Source: Octopus vulgaris (taxonomy: Eukaryota). Taken from it: a stretch of 64,000 bases of DNA. Positions 58,737 through 64,000 of this stretch are shown here, one piece after another (within the stretch, counting starts at the first letter, position 1; every line of letters starts with the position of its first letter). The DNA lies in the NCBI GenBank assembly GCA_951406725.2, contig OX597836.1, positions 38,874,001-38,938,000 of the forward strand, in the 5' to 3' direction. A program made the translations under genes and the position numbers. The notes beneath the pieces were generated by a model. It had not been told where the DNA came from and did no database searches. It saw only the letters and a list, made by a program, of their open reading frames with translations.

Positions 58737-59293
58737 AGGAGAGAGAGATAAAGAGGGAGAGAGAAAAGGAGAGAGAGACAGAAGGAGAGAGCGAGGGAAA
58801 GAGAGACAGTACACAACAAATGCATTTATGTTTTACGCACAAAACGAAAGAACTGAAATAAATTTAAATATTCAAAAGCTTATATGAATGTGTGTGTGTG
58901 TACGCGCGCGCGCGCGCGTGTGTGTGTGGGCGGGTTATGTGTGTATGTGCATATGCTTGCTCATGTGTGTCTGCGACTGCGTGAGCGTTACTGCATTTAT
59001 GTATTCGAGTCTTTGGTTGTGTTCCACTCAATAAAACACGCCATTTTCGCTACAGTGAAATTCCAGCTAGAATTTCTGCTAAATCTTGGTATAGATAATA
59101 ATAACAATAATACAAGTGAAAAGGAGAAAGAGAAAGAGTTGAGAGAAAGATAGAGCGAGAGAGAGAGAGAGAAAGACGGAGAGGGAGGGTGAAGAAAAAA
59201 GAAGAGATGGTAAGAAGGATATACATGCATTTACATACATATACATATATTTGTGTATATATATCTGTATATATCTGTATCTGCATATATATT

Positions 59294-59338
<45 letters not shown>

Positions 59339-59397
59339 ATACATAAGGATATACACATATACATATATATACTTATATATATATATGAGCGTGTGTA

Positions 59398-59588
59398 TCT
59401 ATTATATAAAATCCGTTCTGTCTGTCTGCGTGTGTGTGTCTTCTAGGATGTCGGACATCCTCCATCCGATTGCGCTTAAATTTGATATGTACATACTGAC
59501 GATATCAGGGCGTGTATAAGTCTTGAAAAAATTACAAAAATCGATTCCAGGTGAGAATGCGATCGATAAAGCCGTGGGAACGTGCATT

Positions 59589-59636
<48 letters not shown>

Positions 59637-59831
59637 CTCGATGCTAAACGCCCCCATCAACAAAGCACAGGGGCAGTCATTGAAAGTCGTGGGGTTGGAC
59701 CTCAGCACTCCCTGCTTTTCGCACGGACAACTGAATGTGGGCTGTTCGAAGGTTGGCTGTTCGACAAACCTTTTCTTCTACGCTCCAGACGGAGTAACAA
59801 GGAATGCGGTTTACAAGGCTGCGCTCCACTA
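59398..59831 (+). mobile_element. Helitron derivative: 5' end, (TA)n, PIF1 helicase C-terminal fragment
   Basis: A|TCTATTATATAAAATCCG..CTGTCTGTC start; INKAQGQSLKVVGLDLSTPCFSHGQLNVGCSKVG..TRNAVYKAAL* matches RepHel helicase motifs V-VI. The 3' CTRR end was not located. Confidence 0.8.
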
Positions 59832-60463
59832 GCTTTTCCATGCCCTTGAACATCCCGTAAAGTAAGTTAGCTTAACATTAGTTACTTAGTTCCCTACGTT
59901 GTTGCTTTTCGTCAAAAATCGCTCCAAGTTTAATTCCTACATGTTTTATCGGATAAACTTATCATTCTCCCAGATACGTTCTCATAAATTCATCATGCTT
60001 TCCCATCTATAGATATCTCCAGCTAACCCATTTGCATGCATCGTTTTTGTCCGCTTTCCTTCCTTCAACCTGTACATAACTGCACCTTCCATTTTTTGTT
60101 GTTTTTGTACTGCTTAAAGGCACGTTTCTTTCCTGCCAAGCTTACTGTTTAAACCATGTTTGTGTTCTCCCAGTCAACAACCTTATCATTACTGGTACTT
60201 TAAACTCTTCGGTTGCATATTTGTGTGAATAAAATCGTTTTTCTTTGGAATAGAAAAAAAGTCTATCTTTATTTCTTCTTTTGCCGGTATCTCAAATTTA
60301 GGTTAAATTAGTGTTTCTCAAAGGGGAGGCCTATGGGACGATCGGACAAGTTGTTTTGAGAAAATTTGGTTTAAATGTTTGACAACTCAGCACCGTCCAT
60401 TGGACGGGGTGCGTTTTGCTGGTATATATACATATGCATAAATATATATATATGTATATATAT

Positions 60464-60495
<32 letters not shown>

Positions 60496-60546
60496 ATATA
60501 ACTCTGTGCTTGTGTGAGAGTGTGTGTAGCTATATCTATGCATATA

Positions 60547-60605
<59 letters not shown>

Positions 60606-61469
60606 ATTGTGTACCTATGCATGTATGCATCTTGTTATCTTAAATCGCTTTGTTTGTTTCAGTCATTGGACTGCGGCCATGTTGGAGCACTGCCTTGAAG
60701 GGTGTTGCAACGTAATTTGTTACGTACAATAGGATAACGAGACAACAGTAAAAATAATGTAACGAACTAACAAATCTTTTTACGAACCAACAATCGATAG
60801 TCATTGTGAACTAACCTACCGACACCTTCCGACTTGACAGCGAACTAACACGAACTTCACCCGATTCCGAACTTTAAACCTTGAACTGACTCGGATCATT
60901 ACAATGTATGCTTTTCTCAGACCAGTCTACTCCTCGCAAGGGGGCGTCGTAACTCTCAGCACAACATCTTCCCTTCTTAGATTTCGACTACTGTGAGAAA
61001 GTGGAATATTTTCTTTTTATTTATTTTTCTTTCCAGTGCCTCTCTCCCTTTTTTTTGTTTTTAGCTGTTGTATCTTAATTGTTACCTGACTTTTATGGTA
61101 GTTTTGTTATTTGCACGCAACACTTTTTCTTTTCGCTGTACTCAGGAATCTTGTTAGCACTCTTGTTTTTCTGGGGAGTTTTTTTTTGGGGGGTGGAGGG
61201 AAATTCAATATCTTTTCATTTAGGTATTACTCCCAGATATTCAGTCTGCTGTAGTTTTCTGAAGCTAGTTCTACGGGGTTCAATATCTCTCGCTGCTGGC
61301 ACCTCAAACATATCATAGAAGATTTCCATTGGTATTACTCTTCGTTCTTTTGTATGTCACAACTTTAACTGCTTAAGGTGTCTCTTATGTTCCGAACCTT
61401 GTCCTTTAATTAACTACATCATGTTACCTAATCGTTTGATTACACAACCATCCTCCCTAACTTTTTTTA

Positions 61470-61640
61470 ACCACACATATATGACGGGTTTCTTTCGGTT
61501 TCCATCTACCATTTCCACTCACAAGGCCTTTGTTAGCCCGAGTCTATAGAAGAAGACACTTGCCCAAGGTGCCAAGCAGTTGGAGTGAACCCTTTACCAT
61601 GTGGCTGGGAAACATACTTTTTACCACACATCCACATTTA
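61470..61640 (-). mobile_element. SINE family A, degenerate 5' half
   Basis: CCACTCACAAGGC..GAAGACACTTGCCCAAGGTGCC. Confidence 0.75.
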
Positions 61641-61658
61641 CAGATACACACACACGCA

Positions 61659-61705
<47 letters not shown>

Positions 61706-62194
61706 CCTCTATTCTCCCTACCCCACTAGTTTCAGCCTACTAACTTTACCTAAAATACATTCAAATATGCCAAAGTTAACTTCCTCATAATGGATTTATG
61801 GCTTTAACATTTGTACTACCCCTTCCTCTATCTATAAATAGAAAAAATTCTTGTTGGTCTCCATTGAACCAAACAAAAAGACCCCTCCCCATTGATAAAT
61901 CTAAATAACAAAGTGAACTCAGTGATAAAAAATCTGCAGATGGGGAAGTACCTTCTACTACTTTTTTCTTCATGATGAAATTAACCTCTCTGTCTATATA
62001 TCTACCCTCTTTGTAATGTTGGCAAATGAAATAAGTATAAAAAAAATACATTGTCTTTTTAATTAAAAAAATTCTATATGTGGCTGAAGATTGCTCTACA
62101 TTTTAAAATTGATGTAATACTTACATTGTTTAATAAAATGAAGTAGTATGAAACGATTGTACTACACTACCTTGGATATCCTTGTTGCTTATTT

Positions 62195-62240
<46 letters not shown>

Positions 62241-62799
62241 AGAGAGAGAGAGAGAGAGAGGAGAGGGGAGAGGAAAAGGGAAATAGATAAACAGGTTATT
62301 TCGATTGATCACATATGATATTTAACATTGATTTATTCCTGTTTGTAATCCAAATTTAAGCTACCGGACACCTCGAATTATAAGTCTTAAATCTATTTTA
62401 ATTATGAAAATTAGCCTACGCTATAAATATTCTCTATTATCTTGGTATAAGACTTAATTATTATATCTGCTGGTGTTCGGCTATGGCAGCGGATGTGCTG
62501 TCGACATCTATTGAGGTCATCATGTTAACAGCTGTTCTTTTGACTCCTGACAAACTACATACAAATGCTGTCTTTTCATAAATGAAATATTAGTTCCTCA
62601 AAATTTATGATTTCGAAGACAATCTTGTCTTTGTCAATCGGAGTCGCTTGCAATTGCCGCTTTTAAAGATAATTTCTTTAAACCAAGAATTTCCCTTGGG
62701 TGGTCTTTAATATGGTTTTGTTCGTTTTTCTTGTCTATATACATACTTTTAGCTACACAGTGTAGTTTCTTGTAGTTCATTTTTAATGTAATTAATATC

Positions 62800-62986
62800 A
62801 ATAGGTGCAGGAGTGTACGTGTGGTAAGAAGTTTTCTTCGGAACCACACGGTTCCGGGTTCAGTCCAACTGCCAACTGCGTTACACCTTGCTCAGCTGTC
62901 TTCTACAATAACCTCGGGCTGATGAAAACCTTGTGAATGGATTTGGTAAATGAAAACTGAAAAAGAAACCGTCTTATATATATATG

Positions 62987-63017
<31 letters not shown>

Positions 63018-63165
63018 TGTGTGTGTGTGTGTGTGTGTTTGTGTGTGCATCCGTTTGTCCGTGTCTGTACTCCACCACCGATGGTCAACCGGTGTTAGTG
63101 TGTCTTCGTTCCCGTAACCTAGCAGTTCAGCAGAAAAGACCGATAGAATAAATAGCAGGCTCAAA
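62800..63165 (+). mobile_element. SINE family A, degenerate
   Basis: ATAGGTGCAGGAGTG..GGTTCCGGGTTCAGTCC..GACCGATAGAATAA. Confidence 0.8.
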
Positions 63166-63169
63166 AAAC

Positions 63170-64000
63170 GTTGCCGCCTTGGTAATGTGTTTTGAAAGGC
63201 TGTTTCATTAACCATACTTATCCCAAGCGCTGAAGGTGTCACAAAACTCCTCTGATTTTGCGCCTCCTGATTGTGGTATGTTGATAGAGATGTACACATC
63301 TTCCAGCATTAAATTTCATGTTATTTTCTTCAGTCAGCTTGTAGATTACATTACATAGGTTTATGACATCACACGGGTTTTTAATTACCTCAAAAGCTTT
63401 TGTATCATTAGCATAGCTAGTGAATGTAGTTCTTCATATAATTAAGGTCCCTACAAATAGTAATGGCTCCAAGTAAGTTCCCTGTGGAACTCTGCTCAGA
63501 ATTATTTTTTTCTTTTGCGAGAATATTGCTGATTGTGACCCTCTGAATTCAGCTTCTTGATGTGTCATATAACCCCTCATATAAATTCCCCATTATACGA
63601 AAATCAAGCAATATGTAGCAACCAATTCTATGGTCAACTATATCATAGACCTTCGCACAATCCAGATAAACCATGTCCACATTTGACTAGTTTAGTTGCT
63701 GTTTCAGTTCCCATTCGTAATGCTGTTAAAAGAAAAACAAAATGTCTAAATCACATTCTTTCTGGGCGAAAGCCGCGCTGAATTTTAAGCAAGTCATTTT
63801 CTTCCAAGAACCTTTTCAGTTTCTCTCTGTAAATTCGTTCCCTGACTTCGCTGATATGTAAAATCAGAGAGATAAGCCTGTAATTCTTAGCATCTATTTT
63901 GTTTTTATTTTATAAATAGAGAATATTACACCTTCCTTTAACTTGGGTTATCTCTCACTTGCAAAGAAGCTTTGTAAAACTAGTTGGAATAATGAGAAAC
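63170..64000 (-). pseudogene. Decayed CR1-type reverse transcriptase, running off the window
   Basis: Minus-strand motifs in order: AKNYRLISL, QRGFRPER, NVDMVYLDCAKVYD, SRVPQGTYLEPLLF, SYANDTK, EENNMKFN, LGISM. Confidence 0.8.

Noticed and set aside
60703-60966. Possible solo LTR (TGTTG...CAACA)
   Set aside because: Only a 5-bp inverted match, no TSD and no second copy.

Overview
This is AT-rich, gene-poor animal DNA, most likely an intron or intergenic stretch of an octopus (coleoid cephalopod) genome. That assignment is inferred from the SINE repertoire and the extreme microsatellite load. I found no host protein-coding exon; nearly all listed ORFs are translations of simple repeats or SINEs. 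The genuine coding signal is transposon-derived: three head-to-tail 5'-truncated R4/Dong-type RLE retrotransposons each ending in (TAA)n (49.5-52.6 kb), a CR1-type RT fragment with an open frame inserted in (TA)n (47.35-48.36 kb), an old CR1 remnant (63.2-64 kb), a decayed Penelope-like element (27.2-28.8 kb), and Helitrons (two complete non-autonomous copies plus one with a PIF1 helicase tail). There are also dozens of tRNA-derived SINE copies from about five modular families and an RTE-derived bipartite element. The most interesting unexplained structure is threefold: (1) short microsatellite-anchored elements carrying minimal Penelope-type hammerhead ribozyme motifs, often as inverted pairs; (2) four long palindromes abutting or centred on (TA)n/(TG)n; (3) SINE concatemers with one fixed ~184-bp junction, plus several local templated duplications. 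All calls were made by eye, so coordinates are approximate.
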